Below are positions 1-9,028 of a DNA stretch of 64,000 nt, in pieces. Under the pieces are notes generated by a model that saw only the letters and a list, made by a program, of their open reading frames with translations, had not been told where the DNA came from and ran no database searches. Position 1 is the stretch's first letter, and every line of letters begins with the position of its first letter. The stretch is from assembly GCA_963716195.1 (NCBI GenBank), contig OY970293.1, positions 792,462 to 856,461 on the forward strand, read 5' to 3'. The position numbers and the translations under genes are program-made. The stretch comes from an uncultured Solirubrobacterales bacterium (lineage in GTDB: Bacteria > Actinomycetota > Thermoleophilia > Solirubrobacterales > JBBDJG01).

Positions 1-120
1 TGCGACGGGCCAATCAGGAGCCACGGGGCCCACGGAGGCATACGCTCAACCTTAGGTCGAGCCTCTGCCTACGCTCGATCACTGGTCGAGGGTTCTGGCG
101 CACCAAATCTTGTCCGGTAT

Positions 121-150
121 TTGACACGAAGAGGAAAGTTCACCTATCGT
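121..150 (+). promoter_or_regulatory. candidate sigma70-type promoter upstream of ftsZ (TTGACA, 18 nt spacer, TATCGT)
   Basis: TTGACA at 121-126 and TATCGT at 145-150 read directly from the sequence. It lies about 110 nt upstream of the ftsZ ATG. This is a motif match only. Confidence 0.25.
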
Positions 151-258
151 GCCGAATCTGAGGAATCCCTGGAGTCCCGGGGCTTTGCTGGAACCTCAAG
201 CTAGACTGGAGCGTTCAGCCGTAGCCGCAGGACCGGCAGGCCATCCGCGGGGAACGAA

Positions 259-1329
259 ATGGAGAGCTCGAGCTATCTAGCCGTCATCAAGGTCGTCGGT
301 ATCGGCGGCGGCGGAACGAATGCCATCAGCCGCATGATCGACGCGGGCCTGAAGGGCGTCGAGTTCATCGGCATCAACACCGACAACCAGGCGCTGCTGA
401 TGACGGACGCCGACGTCAAGCTGAACGTCGGCACGCAGATCACGCAGGGCCTCGGCGCCGGCGCCAACCCCGACGTCGGATTCGCGGCCGCCGAGGAGAG
501 TCACGACGAGATAAAAGAATCCTTAAAGGGCGCGGACATGGTGTTCGTGACGGCCGGCGAAGGCGGCGGCACGGGTACCGGCGGCGCCCCCGTGGTGGCA
601 GAGATCGCACGCGACGAGATCGGCGCGCTGACGGTCGGCGTCGTCACCCGTCCGTTCGAGTTCGAGGGCTCAAAGCGCGCGGAGCAGGCCGAGGCCGGCA
701 TCCGGGCGCTGCGGGAGAAGGTCGACACGCTGATCGTGATCCCGAACGAGCGCCTCCTGTCGATGGTGGAGCGGCGCACCAGCATCCTGGACGCGTTCCG
801 CGAGGCGGACAACGTCCTGCGCCAGGGCGTCCAGGGCATCACCGACCTGATCACGGTGCCCGGCCTGATCAACCTCGACTTCGCCGACGTGCGCACCATC
901 ATGCGGGACGCGGGCTCGGCGTTGATGGGCATCGGCGTCGCCGCCGGCGAGAGCCGCTCGGCGGAGGCGGCAAAGAACGCGATCTCCTCGCCGCTGCTGG
1001 AGGAATCCGTGGACGGCGCCACCGGCATCCTGCTCAACATCACCGGCGGCAAGGACCTGGGCCTGTTCGAGGTCAACGAGGCGGCCGAGATCGTGACCGC
1101 CGCCGCCGACAAGAACTGCAACATCATCTTCGGCTCGGTGATCGACGACGCCATGCAGGACGAGGTGCGCGTGACGGTGATCGCCACCGGCTTCGACGGC
1201 GGCCGCGGCCGCCGCACGCCGCGCATCGGCGCCGGACGCCGCGAGGTCGTGATGGACGACCGCGTCCGCCGCGAGCTCGAGATCGGGGACGACGAGATCG
1301 ACATCCCCGAGTTCCTGCGCGAGGACTAG
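259..1329 (+). CDS. ftsZ: cell division protein FtsZ
   Basis: 356-aa ORF with tubulin/FtsZ signatures [12 protein letters not shown] and [13 protein letters not shown], plus the conserved C-terminal peptide DIPEFLR. Confidence 0.97.
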   Translation: MESSSYLAVIKVVGIGGGGTNAISRMIDAGLKGVEFIGINTDNQALLMTDADVKLNVGTQITQGLGAGANPDVGFAAAEESHDEIKESLKGADMVFVTAGEGGGTGTGGAPVVAEIARDEIGALTVGVVTRPFEFEGSKRAEQAEAGIRALREKVDTLIVIPNERLLSMVERRTSILDAFREADNVLRQGVQGITDLITVPGLINLDFADVRTIMRDAGSALMGIGVAAGESRSAEAAKNAISSPLLEESVDGATGILLNITGGKDLGLFEVNEAAEIVTAAADKNCNIIFGSVIDDAMQDEVRVTVIATGFDGGRGRRTPRIGAGRREVVMDDRVRRELEIGDDEIDIPEFLRED

Positions 1330-1372
1330 CGAGCCCGGGGGCTTGCGACCAGCTCCGCTTCGGTGACCGTCG

Positions 1373-1577
1373 GGACGGGCACCGAAGGGGTGTGTGACCG
1401 AGGCTTCGCGGAAGCGCGCGAGGCGAGTATCTGGGTGGCATGAGTTGACCCATTTGTGAGGGCCAGTTGTTCTGTGATGAGTTGATGGCCCTATAGGGGG
1501 GCCAACTCACCACATAACGATCTGGGGGCCTACGGGGAGGTTGCAAAGCTCGCGAAGCATCTCCCTCGATGCCCTCC
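1373..1577 (+). repeat. MITE-like repeat, family 1, copy A (about 205 bp)
   Basis: Left end is GGACGGGCACCGAAGGGGTG. The reverse complement of the right end is GGAGGGCATCGAGGGAG. The centre GGCCCTATAGGGG (1487-1499) matches the centres of the other copies at 8.8, 31/32.4 and 48.7 kb. Non-coding, intergenic. Confidence 0.6.
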
Positions 1578-1668
1578 CCCGAAGACCGTCAGTGCTCGTC
1601 CCTCTCCAGGGCGCCTGCGGAACGGCATCACCCACCACGCCTCAGCGAAATATCACGCCAGTCACCCT

Positions 1669-1696
1669 TTACGAGCGCTCCACACCCGGATAAATT
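1669..1696 (+). promoter_or_regulatory. candidate promoter for the FAD oxidase gene (TTACGA, 16 nt spacer, TAAATT)
   Basis: Hexamers read directly from the sequence, about 55 nt upstream of the ATG at 1751. Motif match only. Confidence 0.2.
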
Positions 1697-1750
1697 CGGT
1701 ACTCGAGTGAGGGCTCCGCACATCTAGAAACACCAGGAAAGGGGACGTGC

Positions 1751-3178
1751 ATGTCCACCGATGCAACCGCCTTGGGAGTGCCGACAGTTCCCAACGGCGA
1801 CCTCGAGGAGCTCCGGGCCCAGCTGAGGGGCGCGGCGCACAGCCCGGCGGACCTCGACAGCGCCGAGGTCAGGCAGGGATTCAACGCGATGCACGACGGC
1901 CGGCCCGAGATCACCGTTCAGTGCACCGGGACCGCCGACGTCATCGACGCGGTCAACTTTGCCCGCGAGCACGGCATGGACGTGGCCGTCCGTGGGGGAG
2001 GACACTCGATCGCGGGCCTCTCGGAGATCGACGGCGGCATGCTGATCGACCTATCGCAGATGAACGGCGTTCAGATCGACCCTGAGAAAAAGCTCGCCCG
2101 CGTGCAGGGCGGCGCGCTGTGGGCAGACGTCGACCGCGAGGCGCAGGCCTTTGGTCTCGTCACACCCGGCGGCGTGGTGTCCGACACAGGCGTCGCGGGC
2201 CTGACGCTCGGCGGCGGGTACGGCTGGGTGCGACGCAAGCTCGGCCTGTCGTGCGACCACGTGGTCGAGGCTCAGGTCGTGTGTGCCGACGGCAAGGTGT
2301 ATACCGCGTCCGCCGACTCGAACCCGGACCTGTACTGGGCGATACGCGGCGGCGGCGGCAACTTCGGGGTCGTCACGTCGTTCACCTTCAGGCTGCACGA
2401 GCTCGGCCCGATCGTCGCGTTCGCTGCGACGTTCTACCCGATCGAGGAGGTCGCGGACGTGATGCACGGCTGGCGCGAGTACGTGAACAAGGCGCCGGAC
2501 GAGATCACGTCCGTCATCGTCACGATCACGTTCCCGGCCAACCCTGAGATGCCGGAGGACGTGCACGACCGGGCCGTGGCGATCGTCGGCGCCGTCTACT
2601 ACGGGGACGCGGACGAGGGGATGAAGGTCCTGCAGCCCCTGCGCGAGCTGGGCACGCCGCTGTTCGACATGTCCGGCCCGACTCCGTTCACGGCGGTGCA
2701 GCAGGGCTTCGACCCGCTCTTCCCGCGCAAGGAGCTTCACGCCTACTGGAAGTCGCAGTACGTGAACGAGCTCACCGACGACGCGATCGACACGCTCGCG
2801 CGCCTGGCGCAGGAGCGCCCGGCGCCGCTCACGCTAGTGAACACGTTCCACATGGGCGGGGCGATCGCGAAGGTCGGCGAGGAGGACACGGCCTTCCACA
2901 CGAGGTCGGCGCCGTTCATGATCTCGCTCGACGGGATGTGGACGGACCCCGCTGACAGCGCGGACAACGTCGCGTGGGTGCGGTCGGCGTTCGACGAGGT
3001 CTCGAAGTTCGGCACCGGCGACGTCTACCTCAACTTCACCGGGCTCTCCGAAGAGGAGGCGAGCGCGGGCGTCGACAGCGCCTTCGGCCGCAATCTGAAG
3101 CGCCTGGCCGAGGTCAAGAAGAAGTTCGACCCGCACAACTTCTTCAAGCGCAACAACAACATCGCGCCGACGAGCTAG
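1751..3178 (+). CDS. FAD-linked oxidase (PCMH-type FAD-binding domain, berberine-bridge-enzyme-like C-terminus)
   Basis: 475 aa with RGGGHS and GGGYG FAD-binding motifs and the C-terminal BBE-like motif FDPHNFFKRNNNI. Confidence 0.85.
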   Translation: MSTDATALGVPTVPNGDLEELRAQLRGAAHSPADLDSAEVRQGFNAMHDGRPEITVQCTGTADVIDAVNFAREHGMDVAVRGGGHSIAGLSEIDGGMLIDLSQMNGVQIDPEKKLARVQGGALWADVDREAQAFGLVTPGGVVSDTGVAGLTLGGGYGWVRRKLGLSCDHVVEAQVVCADGKVYTASADSNPDLYWAIRGGGGNFGVVTSFTFRLHELGPIVAFAATFYPIEEVADVMHGWREYVNKAPDEITSVIVTITFPANPEMPEDVHDRAVAIVGAVYYGDADEGMKVLQPLRELGTPLFDMSGPTPFTAVQQGFDPLFPRKELHAYWKSQYVNELTDDAIDTLARLAQERPAPLTLVNTFHMGGAIAKVGEEDTAFHTRSAPFMISLDGMWTDPADSADNVAWVRSAFDEVSKFGTGDVYLNFTGLSEEEASAGVDSAFGRNLKRLAEVKKKFDPHNFFKRNNNIAPTS

Positions 3179-3194
3179 CTGATCGGAGGAGACC

Positions 3195-3353
3195 ATGGCA
3201 AAGGTGATCAACTGCGAGTGCGGCTACACGGTGCGCGGCGAGACCGACGAGGACCTGCTCACGGACGCCCGCAGTCACATCGAGGCGGAGCATCCCGATA
3301 TGGCAGAGAGCGTCACCGACGAGCAACTGCTCTCGATGGCCGAGGAGGCATAG
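3195..3353 (+). CDS. small DUF1059-like protein (52 aa), absent from the supplied ORF track
   Basis: Hand translation gives MAKVINCECGYTVRGETDEDLLTDARSHIEAEHPDMAESVTDEQLLSMAEEA. GGAGGAG lies 5 nt upstream of the ATG. The CxC and HxxxxH pattern is typical of DUF1059. Confidence 0.6.
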   Translation: MAKVINCECGYTVRGETDEDLLTDARSHIEAEHPDMAESVTDEQLLSMAEEA

Positions 3354-3423
3354 CCGCGCAGCTATAGGAATCCCGCGGAGGCGGCGGCACCTGCTCGTCG
3401 CCTCCACCGACCCGCTGCTAGGT

Positions 3424-4530
3424 TTGCGGAGCGTGTCCGCCACCGCCGCCGACCTCAAGCGCACGCCCCTGCACGATGCCCACGTCCGGGCCGGCGCGCG
3501 CATGATGCCGTTCGCGGGCTGGGAGATGCCGGTCCAGTACGAGGGCATCCGGGCCGAGCACGTCGCCGTGCGTACCCACGCGGGACTGTTCGACGTCTCC
3601 CACATGGGCCAGATCGAGACGCGCGGGCGCAACGCCACCGCATTCATCCGCCATCTGCTCAGCAACGACATAGAGAAGATCGAGCCGGGCGGCGCGCAGT
3701 ACGCGCTTCTTTGCCGCGAGGACGGCGGCGTTCTCGACGACCTCTTCACCTACCGCTTTCCCGGGCACGAGCCACGTTTCCTGACCGTGGTGAACGCATC
3801 GAACACGGACTCCGACTTCCGCTGGTTCGCGCGCCAGGTGCAGGACTGGGATGACGTCGAGGTGATCGAGCGCTCGCTCGACTACGCGATGCTGGCTTTG
3901 CAGGGCCCGGAGGCGATCTCGATCCTCGAGCCGCACCTCAAGGACGCCGAGGTGCCGAAGCGCTTCCACTTCACCGAGGCCACCGTCGCGGGTGTGCCGG
4001 CGCTGGTCTGCCGCACCGGATACACGGGAGAGGACGGCGTCGAGCTGCTGCTCACGCCGGGCGACGCCGAGACCGTCTGGAACGCGCTCGTGGGCGCGGG
4101 TGCGACGCCTGCGGGCCTCGGCGCGCGCGACACTCTGCGCTTGGAGGTCTGCTACCCGCTCTATGGCAACGACCTCACGCGCGAGCGCACTCCGATCGAG
4201 GCGGGGCTCGGCTGGGCGTGCGCGCTGGACAAGGACTTCATCGGCGCTGAGCGGCTGCGCGAGCAGAAGGAGCGGGGGCCGGCGGAGAAGCTGGTGCCGT
4301 TCATGTTCACCGGTCCCGGCATCCCGCGACCGGGCTGCGAGGTGATGGTCGGCGGCGAGCGCGCCGGGACGGTGACCAGCGGTACTCTGTCGCCCTGCCT
4401 GGAGGTGGGGATCGGGATGACCTACCTGCAGGCAGGCCTCGCCGCGCGAGGGACGGAGATCGAGGTCGACGTGCGCGGAAAGCTGCGGACCGCGCGCATC
4501 GAGTCCAAGCCCCTATACGAGAAGGAGTGA
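3424..4530 (+). CDS. gcvT: glycine cleavage system aminomethyltransferase T
   Basis: 368 aa with typical GcvT N-terminus (KRTPLHD, AGWEMPVQY, FDVSHMG). First gene of the gcv operon. Start is TTG 3424, or alternatively GTG 3433. Confidence 0.95.
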   Translation: MRSVSATAADLKRTPLHDAHVRAGARMMPFAGWEMPVQYEGIRAEHVAVRTHAGLFDVSHMGQIETRGRNATAFIRHLLSNDIEKIEPGGAQYALLCREDGGVLDDLFTYRFPGHEPRFLTVVNASNTDSDFRWFARQVQDWDDVEVIERSLDYAMLALQGPEAISILEPHLKDAEVPKRFHFTEATVAGVPALVCRTGYTGEDGVELLLTPGDAETVWNALVGAGATPAGLGARDTLRLEVCYPLYGNDLTRERTPIEAGLGWACALDKDFIGAERLREQKERGPAEKLVPFMFTGPGIPRPGCEVMVGGERAGTVTSGTLSPCLEVGIGMTYLQAGLAARGTEIEVDVRGKLRTARIESKPLYEKE

Positions 4531-4537
4531 CGCCGCC

Positions 4538-4945
4538 TTGCCCGAGCCTTCGATACCGGAGACCTATCCCGACGACCTCCTCTACCACGCCGAGCACGAT
4601 TGGGCCCGGATCGACGGCGACGAGGCGACGTTCGGCGTCACGTGGTACGCGCAGAACGCTCTCGGCGAGGTCGTGTTCTTCGACCCGCCCGGGATCGGGT
4701 CGTCGGTGAAGGCCAACGAGGTCTACGCCGAGGTCGAGTCCGTCAAGGCGGTCTCGGACGTGTACGCGCCGCTGTCGGGTGAGGTCATCGCCGTCAACGA
4801 AGCGGTGTCGGAGACGCCTGAGCTGATCAACGAGGACCCCTACGGCGCCGGCTGGCTCGTGCGCCTGCGGATGTCGGACGCCTCCGAGAAGGACGCGCTG
4901 ATGGACGCCGCCGCCTACCAGGCGCTGCTCGAGAAAGAGGAATAG
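4538..4945 (+). CDS. gcvH: glycine cleavage system H protein (lipoyl carrier)
   Basis: 135 aa with the lipoyl-lysine motif VESVKAVSDVYAPLSGEV. Confidence 0.95.
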   Translation: MPEPSIPETYPDDLLYHAEHDWARIDGDEATFGVTWYAQNALGEVVFFDPPGIGSSVKANEVYAEVESVKAVSDVYAPLSGEVIAVNEAVSETPELINEDPYGAGWLVRLRMSDASEKDALMDAAAYQALLEKEE

Positions 4946-4993
4946 GGCAGGCGCGGGAGCCGCCCCTGCCGGGCGGCCTGCGATCCTTTCTCT

Positions 4994-6382
4994 ATGACGC
5001 GTTACACGTCCGCCACCGACAGCGATCGCTCCGAGATGCTGGCGGCGATCGGCGCCGGCGGGATCGACGACCTGTTCGCCGACATCCCCGCCGGGGTGCG
5101 CCTGCAGCGGGCGCTCGATCTGCCCGACGGCAAGCCCGAAGCCGAGGTGCTCGAGGAACTGGCCGCGCTGGCGGCGCGCAACGTCCACGCCGACGCGGAG
5201 ATCACGTTCCTCGGCGCGGGGATGTACGACCACTACGTGCCGGCGATCGTGGACTCGATCACCCAGCGCTCAGAATTCCTGACGCCCTACACGCCATACC
5301 AGCCCGAGATCTCCCAGGGCACGCTGCAGGCGATGTTCGAGTTCCAGACCGCAATCTCGGAACTGACCGCGCTACCGGTCTCGAACGCGGGTCTGTACGA
5401 GGGCCCTTCGTCGGTGGCGGCTGCCGGATACCTGGCCATGGGCGAGAGCGGGCGATCGCGCTTCGTGGTCTCGCGTGGCGTACACCCCCACAGCCGCGAG
5501 ACGCTCGCGACCTACGCGCGCGGCTTCGGCGCCGAGGTCGTGGAGGTGCCGCTGTCTGGCGGTGGCACGGACCCCGACGCACTGGCGGCGGCGGTCGACG
5601 ACTCGACCGCGGCTGTCTTCCTCCAGCAGCCGAACTTCCTCGGCGCGGTGGAGGACCTCGCGGCGCTTGTGCCGGCGGCAAAGCGCACCGGCGCGCTCGC
5701 GATCGTCGCCTGTGACGCGCCGACCCTCGGCGTGCTGCGGCCGCCCGGCGAGTTCGACGTCGACATCGCGGTGGGCGAGGGCCAGCCATTCGGCAACCGG
5801 CTCGACTTCGGAGGCCCATCGTTCGGGTTCTTCGCGGGCCAGGAGCGCTACATCCGCCGCATGCCCGGTCGCATCGCGGGCGAGACGACGGACGTCGACG
5901 GCAGGCGCGGCTTCGTGCTCACGCTGCAGACCCGTGAGCAGCACATCCGGCGTGAGAAGGCGACCTCGAACATCTGCACGAGCCAGCAGCTGAACGCGCT
6001 CGCCGGCACCATTTACCTGTCTTGGCTTGGCAAGCGGGGCGTCGTCGAGCTCGGCGAGTTGATGCTCAAGCGCACGGCCTACGCGCGCGAGCGGCTGGCT
6101 GCGATCGATGGCGTCGAGCTGCTGCACACCCGTCCCGTCGTGCGCGAATTTGCGCTCGCCCTCGATGCGCCGGTCGAAGCCGTGCTTCGCCGCTGCGCCG
6201 AGCGTGGCATCAACGCGGGCTACCCGCTGGCACGCGACTATCCCGAGCACGAGAACGGCCTGCTGGTGGCGATCACCGAGCGCCGCTCGCGCGAGCACAT
6301 CGACGCGCTCGCCGAGGCGCTCGAGCGCGCGCTCGCAGGCGGGCGCTTCACGCAGCAGAGCAAGGCGGCGGTGCAGGCATGA
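4994..6382 (+). CDS. gcvPA: glycine dehydrogenase (decarboxylating) subunit 1
   Basis: 462 aa colinear with P-protein N-terminal subunits. Its stop overlaps the gcvPB ATG (ATGA). Confidence 0.95.
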   Translation: MTRYTSATDSDRSEMLAAIGAGGIDDLFADIPAGVRLQRALDLPDGKPEAEVLEELAALAARNVHADAEITFLGAGMYDHYVPAIVDSITQRSEFLTPYTPYQPEISQGTLQAMFEFQTAISELTALPVSNAGLYEGPSSVAAAGYLAMGESGRSRFVVSRGVHPHSRETLATYARGFGAEVVEVPLSGGGTDPDALAAAVDDSTAAVFLQQPNFLGAVEDLAALVPAAKRTGALAIVACDAPTLGVLRPPGEFDVDIAVGEGQPFGNRLDFGGPSFGFFAGQERYIRRMPGRIAGETTDVDGRRGFVLTLQTREQHIRREKATSNICTSQQLNALAGTIYLSWLGKRGVVELGELMLKRTAYARERLAAIDGVELLHTRPVVREFALALDAPVEAVLRRCAERGINAGYPLARDYPEHENGLLVAITERRSREHIDALAEALERALAGGRFTQQSKAAVQA

Positions 6383-7929
6383 GCAATCCCGGCCACGTTC
6401 CGCCCGCCGGCGCGGAGAGACGGCGCGACCAGACGCCGATGCAGCGCGAGCCCGTCGTGACGATCTTCGAGCGCTCGCGACCGGGACGGCGTGCAGCTGT
6501 GCTGCCGGCGCTCGACGTCCCCGACCGCGATCCCGCGGACCTCATCCCCGCCAATCTGCTCCGCGAGAATCCGCCTGAGCTGCCCGAGGTCTCCGAGCCG
6601 GAGATCGTCCGCCATTACAACCGGCTCTCGCGCCGTAACTTCGACCTCGACACCGGCTTCTACCCGCTCGGTTCGTGCACTATGAAGCACAACCCGAAGC
6701 TGAACGAGCGGGTCGCCGCTCTGCCGGGGCACGCGCGCCTGCACCCGTTGCAGGACCCGGCGCGCGCTCAGGGCGCGCTCGAGCTGATGTGGCGGCTGCA
6801 GGGGGCTCTCGCCGAGATCTGCGGGCTGCCGCACGTGAGCCTGCAACCGTCAGCAGGCGCTCACGGCGAGTTCGCCGGCCTACTGCTGACGCGCGCCTAC
6901 CACGAGGATCGCGGCGAGCACCGCACAAAGGTCCTGACCCCGGACACGGCGCACGGGACGAACCCGGCGACGGTGACGATGGCCGGCTACGAGGCGGTGA
7001 AGGTGGCGACCGACGAGCGCGGCGGCATCGACGTCGAGGACCTGCGCCGCAAGGCCACACCGGATGTCGCGTGCCTGATGCTGACGAACCCGAACACGCT
7101 CGGGCTGTTCGACGAGCGCATCGAGGAGATCGCGCGCATCGTCCACGACACAGGGGCGACGCTCTACTACGACGGCGCCAACCTGAACGCGGTGATGGGG
7201 ATCTCGCGACCGGGCGACATGGGCTTCGACATCGTCCACGTCAACCTGCACAAGTCCTTCTCGCAGCCGCACGGCGGCGGCGGGCCCGGTGCTGGGCCGA
7301 TCGCGGTGTCTGAGCGGATCGAGCCTTACCTGCCGCGCCCGCAGGTCGTCCTGCGCAGCACCGACAACGGCGGTGAGCCGTACTTCGACCTCGACTACGA
7401 GCGTCCCAAGGCGATCGGCCGGTTGCGCGGATTCCAGGGCAACTTCGGTGTTTTCGTGCGCTCCTACGCGTACATCCTCAGTCTCGGTGGTGACGGCCTG
7501 AAGGAGGCTTCGGAGACCGCCGTCCTGAACGCGAATTACCTGCTCGCACGCATGAAGGAGGGACGGGCGGGGCGCTACCTGCCGGTCGCGTTCGATCGCC
7601 TGTGTAAGCACGAGTTCGTGTTGTCCGGCGCGCGCGCAAAGAAGGAGCTCGACGTCAAGACGCTCGACGTCGCCAAGCGGCTGCTCGACTTCGGCTACCA
7701 CCCGCCCACCGTCTACTTCCCGCTGCTGGTCGACGAGGCGCTGATGGTCGAGCCGACGGAGACGGAGACCAAGGAGACGCTCGACTCCTTCGTCGCCGCG
7801 ATCGAGGAGCTCCTGACCGAGGCGGAGCAGGACCCGGAGATCGCGCGCAACGCCCCCTACGCGACGCCCGTGCGACGGCTGGACGAGGTGGCTGCCAACA
7901 AGCGGCCGCGCGTGCGCCAGACGCTCTGA
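6379..7929 (+). CDS. gcvPB: glycine dehydrogenase (decarboxylating) subunit 2
   Basis: The track ORF 6022..7929 is over-extended at the 5' end. The ATG at 6379 (MSNPGHV...) overlaps the gcvPA stop. PLP region is NLHKSFSQPHGGGGPG. Confidence 0.95.
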   Translation: MSNPGHVPPAGAERRRDQTPMQREPVVTIFERSRPGRRAAVLPALDVPDRDPADLIPANLLRENPPELPEVSEPEIVRHYNRLSRRNFDLDTGFYPLGSCTMKHNPKLNERVAALPGHARLHPLQDPARAQGALELMWRLQGALAEICGLPHVSLQPSAGAHGEFAGLLLTRAYHEDRGEHRTKVLTPDTAHGTNPATVTMAGYEAVKVATDERGGIDVEDLRRKATPDVACLMLTNPNTLGLFDERIEEIARIVHDTGATLYYDGANLNAVMGISRPGDMGFDIVHVNLHKSFSQPHGGGGPGAGPIAVSERIEPYLPRPQVVLRSTDNGGEPYFDLDYERPKAIGRLRGFQGNFGVFVRSYAYILSLGGDGLKEASETAVLNANYLLARMKEGRAGRYLPVAFDRLCKHEFVLSGARAKKELDVKTLDVAKRLLDFGYHPPTVYFPLLVDEALMVEPTETETKETLDSFVAAIEELLTEAEQDPEIARNAPYATPVRRLDEVAANKRPRVRQTL

Positions 7930-8336
7930 CCGCCCCCCAGCCCGACAAGCTCGAGACGGTCCGTCGCGGCTATGAGGCGTTCAACGAAGGGAATGTCGAG
8001 GGGACGCTCGCGCTGGTGCATTCCGACATCGAGTGGCGCACGTACCTGGTTCCGGGTCCGGGGGGAGGCACGTACCGCGGTTACGACGGCGTGCGGGAGC
8101 TCTGGGCCGACGTGCGAAACGTCTTCGTCGACTACCGCAACGACCCCGAGCAGATGATCGAGATCGGGGACAAGGTCGTCTCATTCATCTGCATCCGCGG
8201 CCGCGGCGCGCGCAGTGGCGTCGAGGTCGAAGCGCGCATCGCGCACGTGTTCACGTTCCGCGAGGGCAAGATCTTGCGCGTCGAGAGCTTCGAGGACAGG
8301 GAAGATGCGTTGCGCGCCGCGCGGGAGGCGGGCTAG
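7926..8336 (+). CDS. SnoaL/NTF2-like protein, paralogue 1 (start non-canonical, see findings)
   Basis: The conserved first helix LETVRRGYEAFNEGNVEG lies upstream of the first canonical start (GTG 8016). The frame is open back past 7926. The only near-cognate codon there is CTG 7926, which overlaps the gcvPB TGA. Confidence 0.6.
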   Translation: MTAPQPDKLETVRRGYEAFNEGNVEGTLALVHSDIEWRTYLVPGPGGGTYRGYDGVRELWADVRNVFVDYRNDPEQMIEIGDKVVSFICIRGRGARSGVEVEARIAHVFTFREGKILRVESFEDREDALRAAREAG

Positions 8337-8340
8337 CGCG

Positions 8341-8730
8341 GTGTCGAAGGAGAACGTCGCGGTCGTCGGCGCGATCTACGCGGCCCTTGCCGAGGGACGC
8401 GTTCCGTTCGAGTTGCTCGATCCCGAGATCGAGCTCGACCTCACCGACCGCGTCTTCAACCCAGCCACATTCCACGGCCACGAGGGCATCGAGCGCTTTT
8501 GGAACGAGGTCCAGGAGATCTGGGAGGAATGGAGCACCGAGCCCGACGAGCTCATTGATGCGGGCGACAAGGTCGTCGCCCTGGTGCGCTCACGGGGCCG
8601 CGGCCGGGGAAGCGGGGTAGAGGTGGAGGAGCTGTCCGCGAACGTGTGGACGGTCCGGGACGGGAAGGCCGTCAAGTACCACCTCTACCGTGACCGCGAC
8701 GAGGCGCTGCGCGCCGCGGGTGTTCGGTGA
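8341..8730 (+). CDS. SnoaL/NTF2-like protein, paralogue 2
   Basis: GTG 8341 gives VSKENVAVVGAIYAALAEG. It shares the RGRGxxSGVEVE and DEALRAAG motifs with paralogues 1, 3 and 4. The track ORF 8215.. is a 5' over-extension. Confidence 0.7.
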   Translation: MSKENVAVVGAIYAALAEGRVPFELLDPEIELDLTDRVFNPATFHGHEGIERFWNEVQEIWEEWSTEPDELIDAGDKVVALVRSRGRGRGSGVEVEELSANVWTVRDGKAVKYHLYRDRDEALRAAGVR

Positions 8731-8740
8731 CCGTGTGATT

Positions 8741-8963
8741 GAGACGAGGCACTGACGGAGCTGTGCCGGTTTGCACGCTTAGTCAGCTTCATGACCTGCC
8801 CGTAACACCACCGCAGCTCGAGTAAACAGTTAGGTACCCCCTGGGGTCCTCAACTGTTCACCCGACAATCGGCCCCTCACAAGTCGGTCAACTTGTTCAA
8901 CTCGCGTACGAAAGTCGCGAGCTTCCGCAAACCTTCGTCCACACCCTCCTTCGATGCCCGTCC
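8741..8963 (-). repeat. MITE-like repeat, family 1, copy E (inverted orientation, one outer end missing)
   Basis: The reverse complement is colinear with both arms that flank the IS30 element at 31-32.5 kb. It contains the uninterrupted centre GAACAGTTGAGGACCCCAGGGGGTACCTAACTGTT (8824-8859 on +). Confidence 0.6.
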
Positions 8964-9028
8964 TGCCGGGACGAAGCGAAGTAGGGATGAGCTAACAGCG
9001 AGCCGCCGTCGACGGCGACTCCCGCCCC

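Noticed and set aside
1376-1392. GGGCACCGAAGGGG motif as a glycine-riboswitch-like fragment
   Set aside because: The motif recurs as the terminal inverted repeat of a dispersed element in five places unrelated to glycine metabolism. The rest of the aptamer is absent.
3354-3423. Possible glycine riboswitch upstream of gcvT
   Set aside because: The conserved aptamer cores (GGAGAG..., ACCGAAGGGGCAA, CTCAGGCAAAAGGAC-like) were not found by eye. Only a simple hairpin is present. An Infernal run is needed for certainty.
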